Source: Mizuhopecten yessoensis | Taxonomy: Eukaryota | Reading direction: 5' to 3' | NCBI RefSeq assembly: GCF_002113885.1 | Contig: NW_018407511.1 | Location: 560,259-624,258 of the forward strand | Length of the DNA: 64,000 nt | Part shown: positions 54,501-64,000 of the stretch, piece after piece | Layout of the letters: each line of letters starts with the position of its first letter | Numbering within the stretch: the stretch's first letter is position 1 | Program-made: the position numbers and the translations under genes | The notes under the pieces: model-generated | The model's input: only the letters and a program-made list of their open reading frames with translations | Told to the model about the DNA's origin: nothing | Database searches by the model: none

Positions 54501-56571
54501 CCATATAGCAAGCTAGGCGTGTTATATACATACGGTATACAGGTGTTTAAATTAATCTAATTATGTTATACTTACAGGTAACTTTGGCTCTGTACATGAC
54601 TTTACTTTTTCTAGTCCAATATTTCTTAAAAAGTCACGGATATGTCCGAAAACCACAAGCAGTCCAAAGCAGAAATAGGTGTATATGGCTGCTATGATGG
54701 GAGTCTCTTCAAACGACTCCCAAAAATTGTCCTGCCAATCTGGTATCTGTTGAAATACAATGAAAAAAAAAAGGCTTAATGCAACATTTCTAACACGTAT
54801 ATTTGTTATTTATAAATTAGCATTGAACATGACATAACAAGGGATAATCCTGAATGGGGCCATGGGGCTATTGACCCCCTCTAAACTGAAATTGACCCCT
54901 CCATATTCCTATTTTCTTTTTATTTTACATAGAATGGCCCGTCTGAAGTTTGATATTGACTAAAAATTTCTGAAAATTGCCCACCGCTCTCAAATTCCAG
55001 GATTTTCCCAGCTTAACGAGGGAGGGTGGAATAGGTATTAAATACAATGCAGCTATATAGTTACCGCTGTGTTAAGTGATGTGACAGCTTTATCGATCGA
55101 TGTTTGAAATATAAGCCAGTGATTTAACTTTTCCGCTCATCCCCATATTTCTGTCACTGATTATTCAGCATGATAGAATTAATGATAATTATCAGTTGGT
55201 ATCAATATCCAGAATAGAGTCTACGAAATAACTACTGACTTATTTACCCTTCCAACCCTTAAAAAATAATACTCTTATTATCACCAACAGCTGCTAAATT
55301 CTGTCAGCAGAGTCCTCAATTTTCAATTATTCAAATTTTCCCATCTGAGCTAACACCATTTTTGTATGTCATGGGGTGAGTGACTAATCAACAAACCGTA
55401 CTGATCCGGACCAAAAACGGAATATATAATTCTTGTTTAGAAGATTTCCGGACTGCGTCTTTCTGTTGATTAGTCACTCCCCGATACCAAACAGTGCTGG
55501 AGAATTCAACGTTTTCATATACAATGTAGCAGTGCATTCTAGCCCCACACCAGACATCTGTATGTCAAAATGTCTAAGTCTGGTGTTAGGGCCAGAGGAA
55601 ACTTGGGCTACATTCAAAGATATATTGTTTGATCATGAGGTTTTCTCCCAGTTGCCAAAAAATATCCCTATACACTGTAATACATATATACACTCACCAC
55701 AATAATTTGTTTTACCTGCTTTCAACAGGGCATAGAGCCTTTTGACTTTTGGAAAAACAAAACATAACATATAATATGTGATATAACACAAAAGAATGGT
55801 TTGGGGAAAATAAGGTGATTTTTGCATTGATTTGTGGTAAAAAAAAATCATAAGGGAATTGGCTATTTTAAGGCCCCATATTCAACCCAAAAAATCTCTG
55901 AAAGGAATTTGATAATGCAAAATCAACGTATATATGTGTTTGTGTTCATAACATATCATTGTTAACAGCTTCACTTTGAAATGTGACATCTCTCTATTTT
56001 TTTCTACAATTTATTCATATGCAATACACGTTGAGTTTAATAAAAGAAAGAAAAAAAGTAGTTACACAACATGTCTTAAAGTGGCACGATTTTTGACCTT
56101 GTTTATCTGCACCATACACCATAACAGTAAATGTTTACTTTATCGCTTGACAACTGATTGAATACGGGACGTAACTCTGCATTTTCTGGTAAATCGGTGG
56201 GCGTGGCTTCAAGATAAAGTGGCCTAATGTTTTGAAAGTTATTCGAAAAACTAAAATTATTGCGCAAATAAATTTGATTTTAGCTGAATGAATATCTCTG
56301 TTGAAAAAAATATCAAAAAACTCTTTCATGTACACAAACTATGTGAACTATATTATGAAATATGGGTGTGCGAGTCCCACCCAAAACTTGCTAGTGTCAA
56401 GATTCTTTCGAAATCATAAATTGACATAGGCAGCGGGATTACCTTTTTAGAATCGCCATTCTTTCCATTAGTCGTATGTCCGTTTTTGTGATAATGAAAG
56501 CCATTTGTTTTTCCGTTTGTCACATGATGTATCGAACCGTTCCCAGCTCGGACGGCATCACCGTTCGCCAT
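45435..56571 (-). CDS. SPTLC2: Serine palmitoyltransferase long-chain base subunit 2, complete gene (12 coding exons)
   Basis: Exons 56571-56443, 54746-54576, 53537-53383, 52813-52668, 51451-51327, 50969-50876, 50359-50254, 48758-48539, 47804-47678, 47566-47431, 46179-46050 and 45551-45435 (or 45453). All introns are GT-AG and phase-compatible. Motifs [30 protein letters not shown] and the PLP-lysine motif GTFTKSFG. Confidence 0.96.
46050..46179 (-). CDS. SPTLC2: SPTLC2 coding exon 11
   Basis: [43 protein letters not shown], bounded by AG and GT. Confidence 0.95.
46430..46752 (-). mobile_element. tRNA-derived CORE/Meta-type SINE in SPTLC2 intron 10
   Basis: Minus strand: tRNA head (TAGTGGTAGGACG..GGTTTGAGTC), GTTGTATCTTTGAGCAAGATACTTTAC core, GCTCCCCAGGGAGTTGAG, tail CCGCTTTGAGAC. 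Confidence 0.7.
47045..47158 (+). mobile_element. Degenerate tRNA-containing repeat
   Basis: GGTAGCTCAGTCGGTTAGAG..GAATCCAGGTCTAGGCCCACTG; a related inverted fragment lies at about 59550-59640. Confidence 0.5.
47431..47566 (-). CDS. SPTLC2: SPTLC2 coding exon 10
   Basis: [44 protein letters not shown]. Confidence 0.95.
47678..47804 (-). CDS. SPTLC2: SPTLC2 coding exon 9
   Basis: [42 protein letters not shown]. Confidence 0.95.
48539..48758 (-). CDS. SPTLC2: SPTLC2 coding exon 8 (PLP-binding lysine)
   Basis: [43 protein letters not shown]. Confidence 0.97.
48797..50192. mobile_element. HINE-like element with internal 150-162 bp tandem repeats, in SPTLC2 intron 7
   Basis: Left box AACAAGAGGCCCAGAGGGCTTGCATCGCTCACCTG; TACAATTTTGAATCCC-type units at about 49337, 49499, 49657, 49725, 49882, 50032 and 50183; right end not seen. 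Confidence 0.75.
50254..50359 (-). CDS. SPTLC2: SPTLC2 coding exon 7
   Basis: [34 protein letters not shown]. Confidence 0.95.
50876..50969 (-). CDS. SPTLC2: SPTLC2 coding exon 6
   Basis: [31 protein letters not shown]. Confidence 0.95.
51327..51451 (-). CDS. SPTLC2: SPTLC2 coding exon 5
   Basis: [41 protein letters not shown]. Confidence 0.95.
52499..52589. mobile_element. 91-bp TTAA micro-MITE, subfamily C
   Basis: TTAACTCATTCACCCCT at the left end and AGGGGTGAATGGGTTAA at the right end; TTAA intact on both sides. Confidence 0.8.
52668..52813 (-). CDS. SPTLC2: SPTLC2 coding exon 4
   Basis: [38 protein letters not shown]. Confidence 0.95.
53383..53537 (-). CDS. SPTLC2: SPTLC2 coding exon 3
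   Basis: [51 protein letters not shown]. Confidence 0.95.
54576..54746 (-). CDS. SPTLC2: SPTLC2 coding exon 2 (membrane-associated segment)
   Basis: [57 protein letters not shown]. Confidence 0.93.
55378..55478. mobile_element. Small hairpin element
   Basis: GAGTGACTAATCAACA pairs with TGTTGATTAGTCACTC (16-bp perfect inverted repeat). Confidence 0.6.
56443..56571 (-). CDS. SPTLC2: SPTLC2 coding exon 1
   Basis: AAGATGG start context; [43 protein letters not shown] then GTAATC donor; NG-rich N-terminus as in SPT2 proteins; phase 0 fits exon 2. Confidence 0.85.
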
Positions 56572-57011
56572 CTTGAATGGTTTGTGATAGTTGTTAACTA
56601 TTTGTAACACCTTCATTGATTGGTTCTTCGAATATAGCCATATCCAATCAAATGGGACTTGTTATGCAGGTTACTTTCGGAATATTTTGTACTTTACTCA
56701 TGTTATTTTTTCTTTTGTTAATTTTGATATTCAACCTAGGCTTGCACATATTAAATTAAAAAAGAAGTGTCATTATGGATATTTTCATATCAAATTTGAG
56801 CTATAATTGTTAATCGTTTATATCAATTTGAAACATATATTTTTTATGTGGCAAACCCAAAGACGTCCCGAATGAATGTGTATTCGGCGCATGACCATTA
56901 CGTCAGGTCTAATCCAACTTCTTTCGGATCCAGGTTGCATGCGACTGTGTCGTGCGGTTTCAAATTGTCGGTGATATTATTTTGAAAAGCACACCAAACG
57001 TAAATTCAGCA
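56572..57011. promoter_or_regulatory. Putative bidirectional promoter and 5' UTRs
   Basis: 440 bp between divergent ATGs; ATTGG/CCAAT at about 56619 and 56645; CRE-like TTACGTCA at 56898-56905. Confidence 0.6.
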
Positions 57012-57441
57012 ATGGCAGATTCCATCGGAGATATGCAACGAAACTCCGAGCATGCTTATGCCGACGACTTTGAAAGGGTGGATAAAGTCCCAGAGCAAGA
57101 CGAGGCGATAACCACTACTTCGTTCACCGGTGAGGAAGCGGAGGAGGATCGTTATGAATCTGGTACTACATCAGAGGCGAATGCCACTAGTCCTCTCCTA
57201 AATTTTGATGATGACCTGACACCTCAAGAACCCCATACTAGAGAACCTTTAATAAGTTTTGGTTCTCAGCCCGGCCTTGCCGAGCCAACAGCACCCCCTG
57301 CACCAACAAGTGAATTTACAAGTGGGATGGGGGAGACTAATCGTGGCTTTGATTACGAACTCGAACCAGATACTTCACCATTCATACAACCTGAAACAAA
57401 AGTAGCCTCAGAACCTGTATCAGTCTCCAAACCACCGGCAG
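57012..57441 (+). CDS. Probable reticulon (RTN1-like), first coding exon with acidic, proline-rich N-terminus
   Basis: GCAATGG start; MADSIGDMQ..DDFERVD..SKPPA then G|GTAACG donor; acidic low-complexity composition. Identity is inferred from the downstream WLKNVDPR micro-exon. The reticulon homology domain is not in the window. Confidence 0.65.
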
Positions 57442-60129
57442 GTAACGAATGAGCGATCCTGATTGTATAGGCACGTCTTTTGTAAATGTGTTCACGTCAT
57501 GCTTGGCTTTCCTCCAAATGGAGTAGCCTGTCACTATGCCTTCTCTGGAGGATCTTCATTCTTGCATTATCTTCTATCTGCTAATTCTATCTCTTATTGT
57601 TTGTAGTTTTATATATAGTAAACAATATCGTTGCAATTTCTTGAATGCATATATCACTACCAGATATTGTCATATGGGTCTTCCCAACCAAGAATTCAAG
57701 AATACTTTATAAAAGATACCATTGATCCAGTTATATTTTAAAACATTAATTGTCATATCTGTACTTTTTCACACAACATTTTATCTTATTGTATTAATTT
57801 GGAAGTCCATATCCGTTATATAAGTCAGTTCATACAAAAATTACAAACTCTTTAAAAATAATTCGGGAAGCATTATTTCATGTTGTACAGAAATAGACAG
57901 GACTGGAATTTCCATCTCTCATTGACTTAACATTGGTCAGTAACACCTGGCTATTTAAATTCAAGCCAAATGTGCACATAGCAGCAGAGAGCTGATCATG
58001 TACTGAACTGACCTTCAACTTTGGTCGTAAAGGCTTGTCATAGTAATTTTAGTGTGTTCACTGGAGTATGACTGGGTGTCTGCACTCGTACAGGTGTATA
58101 TACATGTGTGTGAATGTAGTAACATAGCACACTCCCAGATTTGCTGCTTGGTGTAGAGGGGCAAAGTCCAGTAAGGGGAAATTCAGAGAAACCCTTTATA
58201 ATCCTACTACAAGAATTTTAACTTTATTTAGGGTCCCTGGGCCAATTTGACCTAATTTTGTATAAAGTGAGGGGTAATATTCCCTTACCTGGGGGGCAGT
58301 TGGATAGCCCAATAAGATAATTAGGAGTAAATCTTCGAAATCCTACTTCATTAAGGGTAAAGAGGACACCAAAAAGTGCGAGACTGTGACCCCTCATAAC
58401 TTTGGGAGGGGGGGGGGGGGGGGGGGCGTATAGGNTGAGGCCGTATAGGGGAAATATTGATAATTAATATCTTTAGGGTGAAGAGATTCTTTTCTAATTT
58501 GGCATAAAGGATCCTTGACAGAGAGACTAAACAATGAATTTGTGGCAGAGGGTTGGGCCCCAATATGGGAAATTGAAGTAAATCTTGACAATGTATATTC
58601 TTCCATATGGATGAAGACATTTAATGTTTTTGTAATGGTAGTTGTACATAGGCCTTACAGTGTGATATACTGTAGGTATGATATTTTTTTTATCAATACT
58701 TCCTCCACAAAAAAAATAGTTTCCTTTCTTTCACAAACAACCTTCCGGGAATTCCCCACTTTCATTTTCTATTTTTTATGCACATGAATCAAAGTGTCAC
58801 CTTCCTGACACAAACACACGCTTTAATGATAAAGGAAAGTGTCTAAGGTCATTATATAGCTACAATTAAGTCCGTGAGATATTCTGAAAGAAAGCGTTGC
58901 AGAGAAAAATTTGCCACTTTTCTCCAAGTGTAGAAAAGGTATAAAAGAAAATATGATTTTAATACTATGAAATCAGGATGAGTTAAAATCTCACAATTAA
59001 AAATCTTCAGTATTTTTTTTAAATGCGCCTGAATTTGGCTCTTAGATAACTGATTTAAAATGAGAAAAATGGGAGGCCAAAACCATCTTGCCATTCTCTA
59101 ATATATATAAATCGTGATTTTATCGTGCATGCTAAAATAAACAATTCATGATGCATGAGAACCCTGTAAAAATATACAGTGCATGTCTGTTCTGCAACAA
59201 AGCATTGGGGTTCAAGTTTAACATGGGTTCAAGTTTAACGTGAGTACATGTTAAAAAAGACAATTGTTTTCCATACAGATAAAGGGAATTTAACCTAGAT
59301 CTTATTATAAAACTTCCTTTGGTCAATGTGGCTAAATTGGCATAGGGATGGGGACATAGTGTTTGCCAACACAGGATTTAATGATCCCCGTACTAATTGC
59401 ATAGTATTTGAAACTATTTTTTCCAGCATGACTATAACCTTGCAGGTAACTCATTTTGAAAGGAAAACTATACATTGTGAGACTTTATGGAAAATAATAA
59501 AGATGAAATAAACAAAATATAATCAACAAGAGTGCTCCCGAATGTAAAATATTCAGTGGGCTAGACCGGGATTTGAACCGTATTCAGTGAGCTACCTCGT
59601 CAATGGAAGTGTTAGGGTCAAACACTGCTACAGTTACAATGTATATCCAAATGCAAAAGTTAAGGGGAGGTTACTGTGTATAGGAAAAACGGCAGTGCAG
59701 TGGGACAGGGATCCTTAAGGTCTTGAATAGGATATATAAGAATATATTTTGAAAAATTTTCATAACTTCTTAACTATATTTCTGCCTGATCTCCGCTTGT
59801 ATTGACATGTATTTTGGCACTTTTAATATGCATGCATCATATTCAACATACCATTCAATATAAGTAAAAAGCAGGAGAGCTGTACTCTAGCCTCTAGGTC
59901 TCTTATTCACAATTTGGAATGGAATTGAATAAATCAAACCTAATGTATATTGACTTAAGTTTGAGTTTAAAGTCATTGATATTATTTATGGTTAATTAAA
60001 TTGCATGCTTCTGGCTTGTTTTAATTCTCCTAATTCTGAGGTTGTAAAATTTCGTTTAGGAAATGTATTCATAAATGTACTAGAAAATGATATTCACAGT
60101 ATTAATCTTGATAATGATTTTTTTTACAG

Positions 60130-60159
60130 ACACATGGTTGAAGAATGTTGACCCAAGAG
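60130..60159 (+). CDS. 30-bp micro-exon of the probable reticulon gene
   Basis: ttttttacAG acceptor and GTAAGG donor; phase 1/1; reads (D)TWLKNVDPR, like the segment just before the DLIYWRD start of invertebrate reticulon domains. Confidence 0.65.
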
Positions 60160-60565
60160 GTAAGGAGATTTTGTTATGTAGTCTATAATCTTACTTAAAT
60201 ATACTTAATGTTCACTATAGCACCTACCCAAACAGCAACAGAGCTTATGCCATATGGCATGACATCTGTTTTTCTCCAACCACCTGTCTTCAATTTTATT
60301 TTTTTAAATGCTGTTGGTCCAGAATGGCTGTTAAGCAAATTTTGACAAAGTTGGGTTCCCTTATTTTGGGGGCAGAGGGGGTGGGGATCAATAGGGTAAT
60401 TGAAAGTAAATCTTAAAATTCCTACTTCTTCAGTACATGTGAAAGAGTTTTAACTAATATTTGGTCCATACATGATAGAGCCAATGGCACACACCATATC
60501 ATAATTGTAGATGTGAATTTTCTCGGATGGCTGCTCAGTGCTGGTAACCTGGGTGTAAAACTGTA

Positions 60566-60656
60566 TTCGCTCATTCATCCCTAAAATTTTATAATAAACT
60601 ATTCCAACCTTTGAATTGGAAGAGTCAATATGTGTCTTCAGTGGTGAATGAGTTAA
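60566..60656. mobile_element. TTAA micro-MITE, subfamily A
   Basis: Core ACTATTCCAACCTTTGAATTGGAAGAG; right end GGTGAATGAGTTAA. Confidence 0.7.
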
Positions 60657-61514
60657 AAACGAATTACACTCCCCGCTATATCAATGATACAGGCCTTCTA
60701 GGCCTCTGTTCCGATTGAGCAGACATCCACCTAGCTGGTCAGTCTTTCGGTTGCTAGTCTGGTGGGTGCATATTGAGAATGCCTGGTGTGTCCTTTTGTG
60801 GCTATGCTTCATTTTCTCATTTTGTATATTAAGATGACTTGTGTTGTTGTTTTTCAGGATTCCCGGTAGCAATCAAGTTTTTCTGTTATAATTGTATACC
60901 CATTGAGCAAAGCTTAAAATTTGTTAAAAATTACATTATCATGCTCTGAAAGATTTTTTTGTGGGGATGGGGGTGGGTCTACCACAAACATGCGACATGT
61001 ACAGAAAAGTAGTTGCATTTATGGGTTTTATAGAGAAAAGAGACTCCACAGTTCATTGTCCATTGGTGTTACAAAGCTTCACTCCACTGTGCACAATCAT
61101 ATTCATAGCCTCTGGTTACAATCTATTATTCATAATTTTGCTCTAGTTAGACAGTTATATATAGGACACACAAATATGTTTACGCTAATTTTTCAATGTT
61201 AAAATGGCATCATTTTCTACTGGCATTTCTATACAATGCTATGGGGCATAAGAAGAATTTTTCCACACATTAAATGCACCCATAGGATCCACATAACTAA
61301 AATGATCTGGTTTAAGTGGTTTTCATAATCATATGACACACGCATATAGGATTACTTGTACCAATACACATACAATTAATGGCAAAGTCCAGATTGGAAG
61401 ACTATAAAATTGAAAAAAAAACTAAATCTTGTAAAAATGATGCAAATCTGTAGACCCATTTAAAGTAGAGTCCCAGCATTTTGGGTTATTTCTCCAAAGA
61501 AGAATTCCAATTTA

Positions 61515-62540
61515 TTTGGTAGGTTACCCAAGACTCGGGTGACCTAGTGTGATAATCTTTTGTCTTAACTTCTTCTCAAACATCACTGACTGTCTTTAAA
61601 TTGAACTTTTCTATTAACAGACTATTCAAAAGTTGTGAATAATAAGGATTAGAACCCCTACAAGGCCATCCTCAACATCCAGGGGTTACGCTCACTTTCG
61701 CTCTCTACACCCCTGGACTATATCATGGCAAAATTGAAGGCACAATGATAGGTGTTTGATTGGTCTTGGGTAAAAAAAACCTGACCAATCGCTAAGCTGA
61801 TACACCTGTCCTTTGAAAATCACAAAGGAGAGACGCTGGACTTCAAAGCCCATGTTTTACTGTTACGTGACAGCGGGATTCTTTTGATGTACATCAGAGG
61901 ATCGAACTAGTCTTCTAGTCTCACCAACAAGGTGGCGCACACCATGCCTTCAATTTTGCTATGACATATTCCAGGGGTACAGAGAGTGAAAGTGAGCGTA
62001 ACCCCTGGCTATCGAGGATGCTACAAGGCCTGAGGAACAAGGCCAAAAAAGGTCAAATCGGCAAAATTTAACATTCTTCTTTAGACCAAGATCTGCTGGA
62101 ATCAAATAAGTCTTATGGATGGAAATATGTTAAATATGTTTTTTGTCAACAATGTGAATTTCATTACACAAATGATCTTGACCTTGACCTTCATAGGGTG
62201 AAATAGGTCAACTTTGTTAAAACTTTAACACAACATCTTCCGAATAAACAAGAAACCTTGGATATTTGGCCATTAGTATGCTAGGATGAGGGACTATTTA
62301 GTTTGTTCAAATGAATAACTTTGACCCTTTCAAGGTCACATGAGTAAAATAGGTTGCAATCTTTCCAACTAAAATTCAGAAGGTATAGATTGATAAAATG
62401 TTCCAACAAAGATCAATTTTTGTGCTCTTCTTATAGTGTTTAACTTTTCTAAAATAAATGTTGATCCATTTTGAAGGTCAAAGAGGTGAGATGAATAACA
62501 GGTGAGCAGTACACACTACACTCCCATTTGGCCTCTTGTA
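61515..62540. mobile_element. HINE-like element hosting a nested MITE
   Basis: Left hairpin TAGGTTACCCAAGACTCGGGTGACCTA; right end CAGGTGAGCAGT..GGCCTCTTGT. Confidence 0.55.
61667..62020. mobile_element. Mutator-like MITE, copy 2
   Basis: Long TIRs CATCCTC..GAGGATG; 9-bp TSD CTACAAGGC at 61658-61666 and 62021-62029. Confidence 0.9.
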
Positions 62541-64000
62541 TTACTGTAGAAAAGTATTGGAGCGAGACCATCCATTATGGGGGAATGTACTAAATGAGCT
62601 AGAGCTGTACCTGTGCACTCATGCGGAGATTAGTGATACGGATCTATGCAGATCTCCTCCTGTATACAGAGCTGCTAGATATACAAACGTATGACACATA
62701 TGTTTATGTACCAGTCTTGTTTTACTACAATTGCGGTTGACTCACACCTTATGTTCAAACTGTACAGCCACACACATACGGCTTCGTTGCATACTGTTTT
62801 ATTAGTAATCACCAGTTAATCACCAGTAAATGTGTGTTATTGGGTGAGCTGGAGTAACCTAGGCCTGTTACACTGTGGAGGGTATACCCTGTCATCGTAT
62901 GTGAGTAAACAGTCAACTGCTCACGTACGCAGACATCAATGTGTAGGAACCACTCAGTTGTACAAAAACACACCACAACAAAGCAAAATGTCAGATGTAG
63001 CTGGAGTTCTGAGTCGTATTGATTTTTCTACAGCACTTGATGTTGTACTAAAAAACTACCATACCCAGTGACTCGAATTCCCGTATGTATACCATATACG
63101 ATATACATTCATGCTGAAAGGATATGTCTATATAGCTAGCTACATGTCTGTGAATACATCCAGTGTTGTTTTTTATCTGAATTTTACAACAGCCTGTTTC
63201 TTTATGAATTTGAAAATATAGCATTTTTCTCTATTGAAAGTGGGGATACATTCCTAATTTTTAGTCATTTGGGGAAAATACGGCACTTTTTAGCTGGGGG
63301 AAACAGCCTGTATTCTGCAGTCAAACTGAGCATTACAACATTAACAGATAAAAGACGTATCCCCTCCACAGATGTTTTAATTTCATGTATTTATGGATAA
63401 TTACAAAAACATTTGTTACCAAAAAAATGTTATATTCGATCAGGAAATTTGGAGAGATTCGTAAGAAAACACAAATACAGGTGGTCTCTACAGTTATTCT
63501 TTATGTCTGTCTGCCCATAAAAAACCCAGTCTGTTCTTCTTCTCGACTAGGACAAGGCAAATTACGACAAAGTGATGGACTTGAGATGAAGCAGCGTAAG
63601 TCCTGCTGCATGGTACCGTGGCTTCCAAGTGTAATACGTGCATTGCTAGAATGTCTAAATATCTATATGAATGGGAAAACAATCAGTCCCGCATGATGTG
63701 TGATTGGTGGTAGGGTAGAAATTTGAAACGGATTACTCGTCGGCGTAGGCTTCAGGATATTGCTTTTACACAGAGATGTATAAAAACAACGAGATTCACC
63801 CCCAGAGTCTACCATGTAGCATGAAAAAACATCTATGTATCTACATCTTAACGTGGTGTATACAATTGAACTTCTGTTTCACGCACATCTAAGCAAGGTT
63901 TTGGAACACGAAGTGTTGGCCTCTATATATCCAGTCTACTCCCCTATAACTCCAGCCAACTTTGTGCTGTAGAAGTGTTTTGTTAAGAGAAAGCCCTTTA

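Noticed and set aside
56952-57011. GTG-initiated N-terminal extension of the reticulon ORF (and the similar extension of SPTLC2 exon 1)
   Set aside because: Artefact of alternative start codons in the ORF track; the first ATG has good context.
58409-58435. Poly-G run and an N base (also poly-G at about 40137)
   Set aside because: Simple homopolymer within a degenerate repeat, and an assembly ambiguity.

Overview
AT-rich eukaryotic genomic DNA with GT-AG introns. The repeat types (Helentron/HINE-like elements, tRNA-derived SINEs, Penelope-like remnants) suggest a bivalve mollusc; this is inference. Genes: (1) the last coding exon of ACBD3/GCP60 (GOLD domain, +, 1737-1954); (2) an intronless Tctex1-domain dynein light chain (+, 17664-18365); (3) a complete serine palmitoyltransferase 2 gene (SPTLC2/LCB2, -, 12 coding exons, 56571 to about 45435, about 546-551 aa, possibly with a 13th exon that starts with the stop codon); (4) the 5' part of a probable reticulon gene (+, from 57012), head-to-head with SPTLC2 across 440 bp. 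The rest is repeats: four minisatellites (53, 21, 39 and 41 bp units), CR1/L2-type and Penelope-like retroelement remnants, SINEs, HINE-like elements, MITEs with clear target-site duplications, and 12 copies of a ~91-bp TTAA-flanked micro-element. Best leads: the SPTLC2-reticulon divergent pair near ACBD3, the 39-bp array with coding-like variation and an inverted seed copy, and the fixed-length micro-MITE family. Most short ORFs in the supplied track are noise. All coordinates were read by eye.
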